Notes: a model not told the origin generated them from the letters alone. A stretch of DNA of 64,000 nt from Chthonomonadales bacterium (GCA_012517255.1 JAAYVH010000313.1:5960-69959); one strand, 5' to 3'; counted from the stretch's first letter, positions 38,485-49,136 are shown. Translations and numbers: made by a program.

Positions 38485-40218
38485 ATGAGCGAGAGCATCG
38501 TGTGTCCGATCGGCGTGTGCATTCTGCCGCAACCGCCCCCCAACATGGCCCGCACGTTGACGTACCCCCGAGTCGCCCTCGATACGCTGGTCCATTACGG
38601 CATTCCTCACGCCGAGGTGCCGCCGGACAGCCTGAGCGATGCCCTTCCGTTTCTCAAGGTGTTGGTGACGCTGGGCAACGATGCTCTGCCCAAAGCGGTC
38701 GGCAAGACCCTCTGCGACTGGGTGGAGGCCGGAGGCGTATGGATCGGCGTCGGGGGCGTGGCGGCCATGCCTGCGATGTTCGGCGTCGAGGTGGAGGGGC
38801 CGACGTACTCTTCGTGGGGTGGCGGCGTCGGCACGCTCGGAGAGGGGTACCTGACGGCGAGCGGCAGCCACCCCGTGATCGGGCACCTGCGAGCGGCCTT
38901 GCATCACTTCAACGGCTTGCCGGCGCGCGTCGCCGGCGACTCGCACGTGATAGCCCGAGCGCTCGACCGCCACCAACGGCCTGCGGACCGGGTGGCCGTG
39001 GCGGAGTCCCGTCACGGCCCCGGGCGTTGTCTGCTCATCGCGCCCGATCTGACCGGCGCGATTGTACGCATCCGGCAGGGGATCGGCATTACGCGCGACG
39101 GCGTGCCATCCTCCGACGGCACGGCGCCCATCTGCGACGAGGTGCTGAAGAGCGGCGACGGATTCGCGCTCGATTGGGACTTCGATCGGCAGGATGTGCC
39201 TGGAGCTCCGGGCCTGCGAGCGTTTCTGGAGCCGCAGGCCGACCTGTGGTCTGAGCTGCTGGTCCGCTCGGCGCTCTATGGGGCGCAGTCTGCCGGGCTG
39301 ACGATGCCAATGCTCTGGCTCTATCCGCGCGGCCTGCCGGCTGTGGGTGCGCTCTCGCACGACAGCGACGGCAACGATGCGGATCTGGCCGGCGCGATGC
39401 TTGCCGAGGTCGCGCGGGCGGGGGTTCGGTCTACGTGGTGCGTGCAGGCGCCCGGTTATGCGGCCGACGTGATAGACGACATACGCCGTGCGGGTCATGA
39501 GCTCGCCATGCACTTCGATGCTATGTCCGGGCACACGCAATGGAGCGCAGAGGATTTCGCCGGTCAGCACGCGGCGTTGCGCGATCTCTTCCGAGACGAC
39601 ATCGTGTCCAACAAGAACCACTATCTTCGCTGGGAAGGTGACGTTGAGTTCTTCGAATGGTGCGCGGCACATGGCGTTCGCCTCGATCAGTCCAAGGGCG
39701 CTTCCAAGACCGGCGAAGCAGGCTACAACTTCGGCACATGCCATCCCTATCTGCCGGTGCGGCGAGACGGCAGCGTGATACCGGTCTATGAACTGGCCAC
39801 TCCCACGCAGGATCTTGTGGTGTTCGCTCCGCAGGCGCTGGCAGATGCGCTGACCCATACGGTGTTGCGCGCGCACGGCGTATTGCACCTGCTGTTCCAC
39901 CCCGCCCATATCCGGACGGCGGGCGTGGCCGACGCAATGCACGAGGCGATCGGTCGGGCGCGCGAGCATGGCGTCGAGTGGTGGACGGCGCGTGACCTCG
40001 TGGCTTGGGAAGACGCCCGAAGATCCGCGGCGTGGAACGTGCACAGCCGAGCGGGAGCTATAACGGGCGCGACTCTGCGCAGCGAGCAACCGCTCGCCGA
40101 TGCCACGGTCCTGTGGCTGCATCCCGAAGGCGACGTCGAGCGCTTTGGCTTCAGCTTCGTTCCAACGGCTTGCACGATCTCTCCCAAGAAGACCATCGAA
40201 CTGGAGGTCCCTGTATGA
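38485..40218 (+). CDS. Polysaccharide deacetylase-like protein with N-terminal GATase-like domain
   Basis: AGGAGG RBS; 'DWVEAGGVWI'; C-half 'LSHDSDG', 'GHELAMH', 'NHYLRW', 'LLFHP'. Confidence 0.6.
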   Translation: MSESIVCPIGVCILPQPPPNMARTLTYPRVALDTLVHYGIPHAEVPPDSLSDALPFLKVLVTLGNDALPKAVGKTLCDWVEAGGVWIGVGGVAAMPAMFGVEVEGPTYSSWGGGVGTLGEGYLTASGSHPVIGHLRAALHHFNGLPARVAGDSHVIARALDRHQRPADRVAVAESRHGPGRCLLIAPDLTGAIVRIRQGIGITRDGVPSSDGTAPICDEVLKSGDGFALDWDFDRQDVPGAPGLRAFLEPQADLWSELLVRSALYGAQSAGLTMPMLWLYPRGLPAVGALSHDSDGNDADLAGAMLAEVARAGVRSTWCVQAPGYAADVIDDIRRAGHELAMHFDAMSGHTQWSAEDFAGQHAALRDLFRDDIVSNKNHYLRWEGDVEFFEWCAAHGVRLDQSKGASKTGEAGYNFGTCHPYLPVRRDGSVIPVYELATPTQDLVVFAPQALADALTHTVLRAHGVLHLLFHPAHIRTAGVADAMHEAIGRAREHGVEWWTARDLVAWEDARRSAAWNVHSRAGAITGATLRSEQPLADATVLWLHPEGDVERFGFSFVPTACTISPKKTIELEVPV

Positions 40219-41420
40219 GCCAGACACACGCAAAGGCGAAGACGGTACCGTATGGGCGGGCCGCCCGCTATAGCGAAGAAGAGCTCAACGAGCTGCGCGA
40301 GGCCATCGAGCAGGGCACGCTCTTCTACGCCCAGGGAAAGAAGGTCCGGTGCCTCGAGGAGACCTACGCCGGCATGGTCGGGGCCCGTTTCGGTGTTGCC
40401 TGCACGAGCGGCACGGCGGCGATCCATAGCGCCCTCATTGCACTCGGCATCTCGCCGGGCGACGAGGTGATCACGTCGCCGATTACCGACATGGGCTCGG
40501 TGATCCCGATAATGTATCAGGGTGCGGCCCCCGTCTTTGCCGATCTGGACCCGCGCACGTACAACCTGCTGCCCGAGTCGGTTGAGGAGCGCATCACGCC
40601 GCGTACCCGCGCCGTTCTGGCGGTGCATCTGGCGGGGAATGCCTGCGATCTTGCCGGGCTGCTGGCTGTGTGCGAGCGCCATGGCGTGCCCCTCGTGGAG
40701 GACTGCGCGCAGGCGTTCGGATGCGTCTATCGGGGCAGGCCCGTGGGCACATGGGGCAAGCTGGGATGCTTCAGCTTCAACGAGTTCAAGCATATCTCAT
40801 GCGGCGATGGCGGCATGGTGGTCACCGACGATGAGGAGCTCGCCGCGCGGCTGCGTCTCGCTACCGACAAGTGCTACGACCGACGGCCCGGAATCGCGGT
40901 GCGCAACCCCACGTTCCTTGCCAACAACTATCGGATGACCGAGCTTCAGGGGGCTGTGGCGCTCGCGCAATGCCGCAAGCTCGACGAGATCGTGCGCCGC
41001 CGACGTGCCTGGTGCGGGCGCCTCACCGTAATGCTTGCCGGCGTGCCGGGGATCATGCTGCCGCAAATCACAGAGGGATGCGATCCATCCTGGTGGTTCT
41101 ACATGATGCGCGCCGAAGGCGCCGCTGACCGGGCGGACGCGCTCGCAAAGGCCATGGGCGAGGAGGGCATTCCCGTCGGCGCGCACTACATCGGCGCTCC
41201 TGTGTACGATTACCCTCTCTTCCGCAACGGTTCGGCCTTCACGCGTGGACGTCATGCGTACCTCGACTACACCTATGGCCCGGGTCTCTGCCCGAACGCC
41301 GAGGCGATCCTTGCGACGTGCCTGATCCTCGGAATCAATGAGGGTTACACCGAGCAGGACCTCGAGGAAACGGCGCTGGGCATCCGACGCGCAGCCGAAG
41401 CCAGGTGTCGAGAGGCGTGA
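40215..41420 (+). CDS. DegT/DnrJ/EryC1/StrS family PLP aminotransferase
   Basis: 'TSGTAAIH', 'GDEVIT', 'VEDCAQAFG', 'FSFNEFKHISCGDGG', 'NYRMTELQGA'; ATGA coupling. Confidence 0.93.
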   Translation: MSQTHAKAKTVPYGRAARYSEEELNELREAIEQGTLFYAQGKKVRCLEETYAGMVGARFGVACTSGTAAIHSALIALGISPGDEVITSPITDMGSVIPIMYQGAAPVFADLDPRTYNLLPESVEERITPRTRAVLAVHLAGNACDLAGLLAVCERHGVPLVEDCAQAFGCVYRGRPVGTWGKLGCFSFNEFKHISCGDGGMVVTDDEELAARLRLATDKCYDRRPGIAVRNPTFLANNYRMTELQGAVALAQCRKLDEIVRRRRAWCGRLTVMLAGVPGIMLPQITEGCDPSWWFYMMRAEGAADRADALAKAMGEEGIPVGAHYIGAPVYDYPLFRNGSAFTRGRHAYLDYTYGPGLCPNAEAILATCLILGINEGYTEQDLEETALGIRRAAEARCREA

Positions 41421-41558
41421 GCGGAAATCTGGACAGCACGCACCTTTTCGTGTCACGCTGCTGGCCGAGAGGCGTACCTTAGAAACAGGGAGACGACCAC
41501 CACGGGGCCGCGAGTCGGTGTAGCGTGCCGGCTGGACGGCGGAAAAGGAGAGACATAC

Positions 41559-41954
41559 ATGAGAAGTTTCCGATGGCTGCTAGGTTCGGCGATCGCTCTG
41601 CTGTGCGTTGCCGCATTCGGGTCGGCGGCGATACAGATCGAGTTCACGAAGCTAGCCAAGCCGCCGAAGGACTCTGCGCTCGCCAAGGCGGCGTGCGTGA
41701 CATGCCACAAGCAGATGGGAAAGACGGATCTCAACGCGTACGGCAAGGATCTGGCCGCGGCTATGAAGGCGCTCAAGACCAAGCAGGTTAACGCGGCCGT
41801 CTTGACCCGGGTCGCCAAGCTGGACTCCGACAAGGACGGCGTGACCAATGCCGATGAGGTCAAGGCGGGCACGCTGCCAGGCGATGCCAAGAGCAAGCCG
41901 ACGGCCAAGCCCGGCGAGAAGTCGGCTCCGCCCAAGGGCAAGTCCGGCAAATAG
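41559..41954 (+). CDS. Small secreted monoheme cytochrome c-like protein with DxDxDG motif
   Basis: AGGAG RBS, signal peptide, 'CVTCH', 'LNAYGKD', 'DSDKDGVTNADE'. Confidence 0.75.
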   Translation: MRSFRWLLGSAIALLCVAAFGSAAIQIEFTKLAKPPKDSALAKAACVTCHKQMGKTDLNAYGKDLAAAMKALKTKQVNAAVLTRVAKLDSDKDGVTNADEVKAGTLPGDAKSKPTAKPGEKSAPPKGKSGK

Positions 41955-41973
41955 CCGCAGATAGCAGTCCATC

Positions 41974-42011
41974 ATGGGCGTCTCATCGGCTTCGACCGCC
42001 GGGACGCCCAT
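41974..42011 (+). terminator. Hairpin downstream of the cytochrome gene
   Basis: atgggcgtc...gacgcccat inverted repeat 20 nt after the stop; weak U-tract. Confidence 0.4.
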
Positions 42012-42073
42012 CGTGTCATTCGGGCACAGCCAAACGGGCAGGACAATGGCGCTATGCGCAGAACCTCTGGAGC

Positions 42074-43231
42074 ATGATATGCCTACTTGCCCTATCGGCG
42101 GGCGTCAGCGTGCCCGGCTCTGGTCAGGCTGACTTCTCCCGCGTGCCGGGGGTGATCATAGATCACAGCCCGGCCGTCACTCGCCAGTACATCGGTTCGC
42201 CATCGCTTGCCGTGCTGCCGAACGGGGAGTATGTGGCGTCGCATGACCTGTTCGGACCCGGCAGTACGGGCGACAGAACGCATATTCTCGTGTCGCAAGA
42301 TCGCGGGAAGACGTGGTCTCGTCGCGCCGAGATCATCGGCCAGTGGTGGTCGACGCTGTTCTTTCATCGCGGCGCTCTCTACATCATGGGAACGAGCAGG
42401 GAGAACGGCTTCACCGTCATTCGGCGCTCGCGGGACGCCGGAGTGACGTGGACGGAGCCCAGGGATGCGCGGAGCGGCCTGCTCATCGGGGACGGGCCGT
42501 ACCACTGTGCGCCGGTTCCGGTGGTGGTACACAGGGGGCGCATCTGGCGCGCCATGGAGGACCAGCAGGGGCCAAGAGGATGGGGACGGTGCTTTGGGGC
42601 GTTTGTCATGTCCGCACCCGAGCGGAGCGATCTGCTGGATGCCGCCAACTGGACCCGCACGAACCGCATCGGCCGCGATGCCCGCTGGCTCGACGGCCGT
42701 TTCGGCGGCTGGCTCGAAGGGAACGTAGTTGTCACTCCCCAGGGGCGGCTTGTCAACATGCTGCGGGTCGCCTGCGACGACGACGAGGAACGGGCCGCCA
42801 TCATCGAGATCAGCGACGACGGCATGGTTGCGTCGTTCGATCCGTCGGCTGGCTTCGTGCCTTTTCCTGGGGGCGCCAAGAAGTTCACCATCCGCTACGA
42901 TCGGGAGAGCGCGCACTACTGGTCGCTGGCCAACTGGGTACCCCTCGCGCGCCGCACAGGCAAGCCTGCGGCGACCCGGAACACGCTGGCGTTGATACGT
43001 TCGAGGGACCTGCGATCATGGGAGGTGCGCGCCGTGTTGCTGGAGCACCCTGACCCGATCAAGCACGGCTTCCAGTATGTGGACTGGCTGTTTGAGGGCG
43101 ACGACATCATCGCCGTGTGCCGCACGGCGTATGACGACGGGATGGGCGGAGCGAACAACTACCACGACGCCAACTTCATGACCTTTCACAGGATCGAGGG
43201 CTTCAGGACCCTGACCACGAAGCTGCCGTAG
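42074..43231 (+). CDS. BNR/Asp-box sialidase-like glycoside hydrolase
   Basis: Asp boxes 'SQDRGKTW', 'SRDAGVTW', 'SRDLRSW'; signal-like N-terminus. Confidence 0.82.
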   Translation: MICLLALSAGVSVPGSGQADFSRVPGVIIDHSPAVTRQYIGSPSLAVLPNGEYVASHDLFGPGSTGDRTHILVSQDRGKTWSRRAEIIGQWWSTLFFHRGALYIMGTSRENGFTVIRRSRDAGVTWTEPRDARSGLLIGDGPYHCAPVPVVVHRGRIWRAMEDQQGPRGWGRCFGAFVMSAPERSDLLDAANWTRTNRIGRDARWLDGRFGGWLEGNVVVTPQGRLVNMLRVACDDDEERAAIIEISDDGMVASFDPSAGFVPFPGGAKKFTIRYDRESAHYWSLANWVPLARRTGKPAATRNTLALIRSRDLRSWEVRAVLLEHPDPIKHGFQYVDWLFEGDDIIAVCRTAYDDGMGGANNYHDANFMTFHRIEGFRTLTTKLP

Positions 43232-43305
43232 GCGATCAGCGACGTCGCCGCCGTGCCGACTGAGCGCGCCCTGCGGCAGCGGGATCTCCTATCCAGGGAT
43301 GCGGG

Positions 43306-44961
43306 CTATGGCTCGCGCCGGCAGCGTATGGACAGCCTGTGCTCGACCGGCGTCTCGAACGTGATCAGTATCCGTGCGTGACCCGGAGCCGTTTCAGCGT
43401 CGCGCATGGCCCACATGCGGTGGGAGTCAGCCCCCGGGCCTATCTCGATTACGTCGTGCCCGTAACGCATCCTGCCGCGCCCACGCTTGAGAAAGAGCGT
43501 CTGCCCGGCGACCGGCATGACGCATGTATCATCCGTCTCCCAGACGCCGCCGGGAGCGAAGTCGAGCGCGATCTGGGCCGTCACGCCCGCGATTCCGTCG
43601 AGCGTGCGGTAGAGAAGATCGAAGCCGTCAGGCGCTTCCTCGATGACGAGCTCGCTTACGCACCGGGGCAGTGGCCGCCAATCGCGCTCGGGCCGGGTCT
43701 CGAACCACCGGTCGGGAGCAACAGGTCTACCCAGCGGCAGATCGTAGCCGGGCCGATGCACCTCGGAGCGTCCTTCCGAACGAAGCGCGCATCCGGTCGG
43801 GGTCTCCTTGAGATCGTCGCCGATGAATCGCCCCGTGCCAAAGTAGCTCTGGCTGATCTTTATCGAGGCGATCTCTGCACGGCCATACGTCAGAGTGAAC
43901 AGCCGGGCGCTGTGGGCGAATGCCGTCGCGCTCATGGCCGCACGTCTAGAGCGCCAGATGCCGATCGTTGGGAAGGCCCTTGCAAAATCGAACGGAAAGG
44001 CAGACGGCACAGGTCGCGGTTCGCCATGCTGCAAAAGGTGCGCGGCGAGACCCGCTGCATCTCCGCGACCGCGAGTCCATATGAGATCGGCTGCTGCGAC
44101 GAAGCGATCATCGGCTCGCGCGAGGTCGGCCATCAGATAGGGCAGCGCCAGCGATCCCGGGATGGGCTTCGTCCCGAGGTCCTGACGGCGCGAGGCTCCC
44201 GTCTCGATGGTGCCGTCAGCGTTGAGCATGTGCAGGTTCAGGACGAGGTTGGCGTATGCCGCCTCGAGCGCCGACCGATCATCCCTGAACCTCGAAAGGT
44301 GGAGCAGCGACCGATCGCAGATGGCGTCATAGACCCCGGCGCTTCTCTCGATGTAGGCGCCGTCGGCGTTTGCATCGTATCCTTCGGCGACATAGGCGTC
44401 TATGACGGGACCGACAGGGATGTCGGAGAAGAGGCGGCCTGCGTAGGCAAGCGCTGCCGCGATCACCCAGCGGTGGTTCGGCGTGTGGAAGCCCCCGTCG
44501 AGCATTCCGATCGTCAACCGACGGACGAACGTTTCGACCTCGGCGAGGACACCGTCCCATGTGGCGCTGCGACCTCGGAGCGGTCGGCCCAGCTCGATGA
44601 GAGGGCAAAGGGACTGGACTGCGAATCCCGCATCCGGACTCGAATCGTAGTTGCAGTCGCGCAGGTCAATAAGGCCTGACGGGCGCTGGATGGATCGCAG
44701 GTAACCCATGGCGAGAGCCATGCGGAACAAGAGATCATCGTCAACGGGGCGGGTCGGCGCAGCATCCGGCCGCATGGCGCGCGCAACATAGAGCATCCCG
44801 CAGACGGCGACGAGACCGTAGGTGCCCGTCGGCTCGGCAATGCCCCAGTCGGGCCGCACGACTCCACCTCTGTTCGGGCCGGGCTCCGTGATCTGCCGAT
44901 CCATGACGGCTTGAGCGCTCTCGGCAAGCGCGCGCAGAACATTATCAAGTGTGATGGGCAT
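43306..44961 (-). CDS. Conserved hypothetical protein, probably heparinase II/III-like fold
   Basis: 'GGFHTPNHRWV', 'YIERSAGVYD'; helical N-half and beta-rich C-half. The fold call is inference. Confidence 0.6.
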   Translation of the reverse strand: MPITLDNVLRALAESAQAVMDRQITEPGPNRGGVVRPDWGIAEPTGTYGLVAVCGMLYVARAMRPDAAPTRPVDDDLLFRMALAMGYLRSIQRPSGLIDLRDCNYDSSPDAGFAVQSLCPLIELGRPLRGRSATWDGVLAEVETFVRRLTIGMLDGGFHTPNHRWVIAAALAYAGRLFSDIPVGPVIDAYVAEGYDANADGAYIERSAGVYDAICDRSLLHLSRFRDDRSALEAAYANLVLNLHMLNADGTIETGASRRQDLGTKPIPGSLALPYLMADLARADDRFVAAADLIWTRGRGDAAGLAAHLLQHGEPRPVPSAFPFDFARAFPTIGIWRSRRAAMSATAFAHSARLFTLTYGRAEIASIKISQSYFGTGRFIGDDLKETPTGCALRSEGRSEVHRPGYDLPLGRPVAPDRWFETRPERDWRPLPRCVSELVIEEAPDGFDLLYRTLDGIAGVTAQIALDFAPGGVWETDDTCVMPVAGQTLFLKRGRGRMRYGHDVIEIGPGADSHRMWAMRDAETAPGHARILITFETPVEHRLSIRCRREP

Positions 44962-45034
44962 GTTGTTGACCAGGAGGTGTGTGGGATCGGGGGCTCAGGC
45001 ATCTATGTACGGGATTTCATGATAGGACCGCTGC

Positions 45035-46090
45035 CTATTTCCCGCGCAACGCTTCGCCCATTCGGCGGATGCGGGCGTCGCCCTCGACGAGCGTGGGAAC
45101 GAGCCAGCCGCCTTCGTCGGTCTCGTTCCACGCGTAGATCAACGCCGTCTGGGCAGGCGCAGCGGTCGGATTGGCTCTAACCCAATCCCGCAGTTCGCGG
45201 GCGGCCTCGGCGAGCTCGTCGGGGGCCGGCTGAGCATACCAAGGGCCATTCGCGTAGAAGCCATAGTTCTGCATGCCGAGGCGCGGGCGGCCATCCCAGC
45301 CCGTGTTAAGCAACGGCACGATCGGTCTGCCGGTGGCAGCGATGCGCTCGCGAAAGGCGCGGTTGGCCGTGACAAGATCGGTATACGGACGTTCGCGATG
45401 CTCCCCCCAGTCTGGGGCGCTGTAGGCGCCGATGGCGTCGAAACCATAGGCGTCGAGCCACTGCACGCCTGCTTCGGCCGAGAACACCTGTGCGACAATG
45501 TACGGATCGCCCGTCTTCTGCCGCCGGCACTCCTCACGGAGCTTCTCGAACGCTGCGCGGCCTGCCTCCCGCGATCCGAACGTGGTTTCGATGGCCTCGC
45601 ACGTGAACACGTAGAGCAGCGGCCGATTGCGCAAGACGCGGTGATAGTCCCGATGGCGGAGCATCTCGGCGAGCTGGCGAGCGGTCTCTGGCCAGGACTC
45701 CTTCTTGCCGAGATGGCCGCCCTGAAGAATGAACGCGTGCTTGAGGCCTCGCTTGTTGCGCGCTGAGCGATACAGGCGGATGCCGTAGTTGTAGCTGTCT
45801 GCCCCAGGCCATGACTGCGGGTGATACCAGCAAAACGCCCAGTAGGTGAGGCCTGCCTGAACGGCGAAGGCGATCTCCCGGTCCATGACTTCCTGTCGGT
45901 CTGATCGGACCTCCACCCTGCCATCCTTCTCCTCGGCATAGAAGGGCAGGCGATTCCTCCAGGTCTGGTCCTGAAGGTTGCGCTCCCAGACGTTGTCAGC
46001 GAACCAGCCATCCCAGCGGATCGCGCCGACAGACGGTCGCGACGGGAGCGGCATCACGCAGAGCGCTGCCGCCATACAGAGGGTGAGCAT
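45035..46090 (-). CDS. GH99/WbsX-like glycoside hydrolase
   Basis: Signal peptide; 'EIAFAVQAGLTYWAFCWY', 'RPLLYVF', 'GWDGRPR', 'YAWNETDEGGWLVPT'. Confidence 0.72.
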   Translation of the reverse strand: MLTLCMAAALCVMPLPSRPSVGAIRWDGWFADNVWERNLQDQTWRNRLPFYAEEKDGRVEVRSDRQEVMDREIAFAVQAGLTYWAFCWYHPQSWPGADSYNYGIRLYRSARNKRGLKHAFILQGGHLGKKESWPETARQLAEMLRHRDYHRVLRNRPLLYVFTCEAIETTFGSREAGRAAFEKLREECRRQKTGDPYIVAQVFSAEAGVQWLDAYGFDAIGAYSAPDWGEHRERPYTDLVTANRAFRERIAATGRPIVPLLNTGWDGRPRLGMQNYGFYANGPWYAQPAPDELAEAARELRDWVRANPTAAPAQTALIYAWNETDEGGWLVPTLVEGDARIRRMGEALRGK

Positions 46091-46264
46091 GGGATGGATA
46101 GTACCATTCCATGCGACTGATGTCGGCGCTCGAGATCGGCGCCGTTGCCCTGCCCAGGGCCGCCGAACGACTCCGTTGTACGGAGGGGGCGCCGGTGCGC
46201 GCACGAACGACACGTTGCGCCGAGCCGGCTTCGAGCTGGCTGTCAGAGCGTCGGAGAGTGGGCG

Positions 46265-47134
46265 CTAGCGGCGAGCTCCCGCATACATGCGAGCATACAT
46301 GGGCTCGTCCAAGCGGCTCACCGCCACGCCTTTGCGGCTGCTTGAGGCGTGAATGAAGTAGCCGTCGCCAATGTATATGCCGGTGTGGCTGATGCGCCCA
46401 TCCTTGCTCTGGAAGTAGACGCGGTCGGCAGGCTGGAGTTGCGCGACGGCCACGGGCATGCCACACTGGATCTGCTCTCTGGCCGTGCGCGGAAGCCTGA
46501 TGCCGACCGATAGGAAGCACCGCTGAACGTACGCGGAGCAGTCCATCCCGGTGGTCGAGGTCCCGCCATAGCGGTAGGGAACGCCCAGATACTGATACGC
46601 CGTCTGCAGGATCGTGCGCTGTCCCGCTGTCAGAAGCGGATTGTTCAGGTTCGGCCCTGACGGACGCGATGGGCCGTTGGGCCCCACGACCTCATAGTCG
46701 AGAAGCTTGACGGCATGGGCCGGAATCCACCCCAGCGACCGGTCGGCCATGAGCACCGCCAGCCATCCCGGACGGGAGTCGCAGATCGCCAGATAGGTGC
46801 CCGGCTCGACGCGCGCCAGCAGGCGGCCCTGAGTGTTAGGCCGGACATAGATGGGGCCGGCGACCGAGGTTACCCCGAGGCGACCTACCACTCGCTCCGT
46901 GCGGACCGCATCGCTCCGGGCGACGGCTCCGCGGCTCGGCAGCGATTCGGTTCGGCGCGATGTGGAGGGTGCGGAGCGTGCCGCTTCGGCAGCTCGGTAC
47001 TCCTCGGGCGTCGGGAGGTCTAGAACCAGGATCTCATCGGATCGGACGCTGGCAGGCCACAGGACAAACGCCATCGCCCCAAGGACGGGCAGCAGCATTG
47101 ACGCAGCGGCCTTCCGTAGATATGTGAACGGCAT
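46265..47134 (-). CDS. NlpC/P60 (C40) peptidoglycan endopeptidase with SH3-like domain
   Basis: 'YLGVPYRYGG...GMDCSAYV', 'LPRTAREQ', 'SHTGIYIG...FIHASS'. Confidence 0.93.
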   Translation of the reverse strand: MPFTYLRKAAASMLLPVLGAMAFVLWPASVRSDEILVLDLPTPEEYRAAEAARSAPSTSRRTESLPSRGAVARSDAVRTERVVGRLGVTSVAGPIYVRPNTQGRLLARVEPGTYLAICDSRPGWLAVLMADRSLGWIPAHAVKLLDYEVVGPNGPSRPSGPNLNNPLLTAGQRTILQTAYQYLGVPYRYGGTSTTGMDCSAYVQRCFLSVGIRLPRTAREQIQCGMPVAVAQLQPADRVYFQSKDGRISHTGIYIGDGYFIHASSSRKGVAVSRLDEPMYARMYAGARR

Positions 47135-47282
47135 GGGCTGATCTTTACCTCAGTGTCGGTATACCATAGGACGTGCCAGGACTGTATCGGTGACAGCCCC
47201 GACACGCGATTCGTATGTTTGGCGAGGCATTCTACCCTGCCATCTGGGGCCAATGACGGCGCCCTAACCAAGGGATTTCTCG

Positions 47283-49136
47283 ATGCGCATTCGATACCCG
47301 GCGCTGCGCGAAAAGCTGGCCGATCTGCCAACTAAACCCGGCTGCTATCTCTTCAAGAACGCGGCCGGAACGGTCATCTACGTGGGCAAGGCTGTCAATC
47401 TGCGTAGTCGCGTGCGCTCCTACTTTCAGACGAGCTCGCGGCTGGCGCCGAAGACCCGTCGTCTGGTGGCGGAGGTGCGCGACCTCGACACGGTGCTGAC
47501 CAACGGCGAGCTTGAGGCTCTGGTGCTGGAATGCAATCTTATCAAGCGCTATCGACCCCGCTTCAACGTTCGTCTTCGAGACGATAAGCACTATCCCTAC
47601 CTCTGCCTGACAACATCGGAGCCATTTCCGCGGCTTCTGATGACGCGGCGCATCCGCGCAGACTGCAACCGCTACTTTGGCCCCTATACGAGCAATCGGG
47701 CTCTGTTCGCGATGATGGACCTCGTGAAGCGCATCTTCCCAATCGTGACATGTGGGCGAAAGTACGACGGCCGGCCTGTTCGCAAACCTTGCCTCTACCA
47801 TCACATGGGACGGTGCCCGGCGCCGTGCGCAGGCGCGTCGGACGACATGCGCCGCGAATATCAGCAGTCGGTTAACGGAGTCATCGGCTTTCTCAGCGGT
47901 AAGCAGGAGCGCATTCTCACCGACCTGCGCCGCGAAATGGCGGAGGCCGCCGAGGCGCTCCGTTTCGAGCGGGCAGCGCGGCTGCGCGACCAGATCATGG
48001 CGGTCGAGCAGGTGCTGGAGCGGCAGAAGGTGATCAGCTCGCGCATGGTGGATCAGGACGTGATCGCCTTCGTGGGCAAGGACGGCGAAGCAGCCGTGCA
48101 GATGTTCTACATTCGGGGCGGCAAGCTCATCGGTCAGAACCACTTCGTGCTTGAGGGAACCGAATCGGCCACCGAGCCATGCGAAGCCGTGCAGGAGTTC
48201 GTGAAGCAGTACTACCAGAGCGCGGCGGAGGTGCCGCAGGAAGTGCTCCTGCCGTGCGACATTGACGAGGCTTCGATCGTCGAATCGTGGCTGCGAACGC
48301 GCCGTGGCAGCAAGGTGGAGATCACCGTGCCTGTCCGGGGCGACAAGCGGCGGCTGGTCGAGATGGCGCAGGAGAACGCGGCGCACGCGCTCGAGCAGAT
48401 ACGGGCGGAGCTGCGGGCGCGGCTGAGCAATGCGGAGCGAGCCCTGCGCGAGCTCGGTGACGCTCTCCGACTTCCTGAGCCGCCGATGAGGATCGAGTGC
48501 TTCGACATATCAAACTTCCAGTCGGATGCGTTCGTCGGTTCCATGGTGGTCTGCGAGCGCGGCGACATGGCCAAGGCGGAGTATCGGCGGTTTCGCATTC
48601 GGATGGATCTGGATCATCCCGACGATCCCCGAATGATCCGCGAGGTAGTGAGCCGGCGTCTGTCTGCGGCCCTGGAGGGCGATGCCAAGTTCGCCACGAT
48701 GCCCGATCTCATCATGGTGGACGGCGGCAAGACCCAGGTGGACGCCGCTATGCAGGCAATGGAAGAGTTGGGGCTGACCGTGCCCGTGTGCGGTCTGGCC
48801 AAGCGTCTGGAAGTGCTGGTCGTTCCCGATGAGCCCGAGCCGGTTGCTCTGCCGCGCGACTCTCAAGCCCTCTATTTGGTGCAGCGCATCCGCGACGAGG
48901 CGCACAGGTTCGCCAACGCCTATAGGGCCATCGTGCAAGGCAAGAAGCACACGAGAAGCGCTCTGCACGAGGTCCCGGGAATCGGCCCAAAGCGCGCCCG
49001 CGCCCTGATCAAGAGATTCGGCAGCGTCGCGCGCATGCGTGAAGCAGGGGTGGATGAGCTGGCCGCAACCGAAGGTATGACGAGACCCGCCGCTGAAGCT
49101 CTGAAGGCGTTCCTGCAGCAGGCTACCGGCTCCTAG
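47283..49136 (+). CDS. uvrC: Excinuclease ABC subunit C
   Basis: GIY-YIG 'PGCYLF...IYVGKAVNLRSR', UVR domain 'FERAARLRD', 'ECFDIS', 'VDGGKTQ', 'RDEAHRFA', HhH. Confidence 0.97.
   Translation: MRIRYPALREKLADLPTKPGCYLFKNAAGTVIYVGKAVNLRSRVRSYFQTSSRLAPKTRRLVAEVRDLDTVLTNGELEALVLECNLIKRYRPRFNVRLRDDKHYPYLCLTTSEPFPRLLMTRRIRADCNRYFGPYTSNRALFAMMDLVKRIFPIVTCGRKYDGRPVRKPCLYHHMGRCPAPCAGASDDMRREYQQSVNGVIGFLSGKQERILTDLRREMAEAAEALRFERAARLRDQIMAVEQVLERQKVISSRMVDQDVIAFVGKDGEAAVQMFYIRGGKLIGQNHFVLEGTESATEPCEAVQEFVKQYYQSAAEVPQEVLLPCDIDEASIVESWLRTRRGSKVEITVPVRGDKRRLVEMAQENAAHALEQIRAELRARLSNAERALRELGDALRLPEPPMRIECFDISNFQSDAFVGSMVVCERGDMAKAEYRRFRIRMDLDHPDDPRMIREVVSRRLSAALEGDAKFATMPDLIMVDGGKTQVDAAMQAMEELGLTVPVCGLAKRLEVLVVPDEPEPVALPRDSQALYLVQRIRDEAHRFANAYRAIVQGKKHTRSALHEVPGIGPKRARALIKRFGSVARMREAGVDELAATEGMTRPAAEALKAFLQQATGS

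Noticed and set aside
47135..47282. LexA/SOS box upstream of uvrC
   Set aside because: No palindrome matching known LexA boxes was seen.
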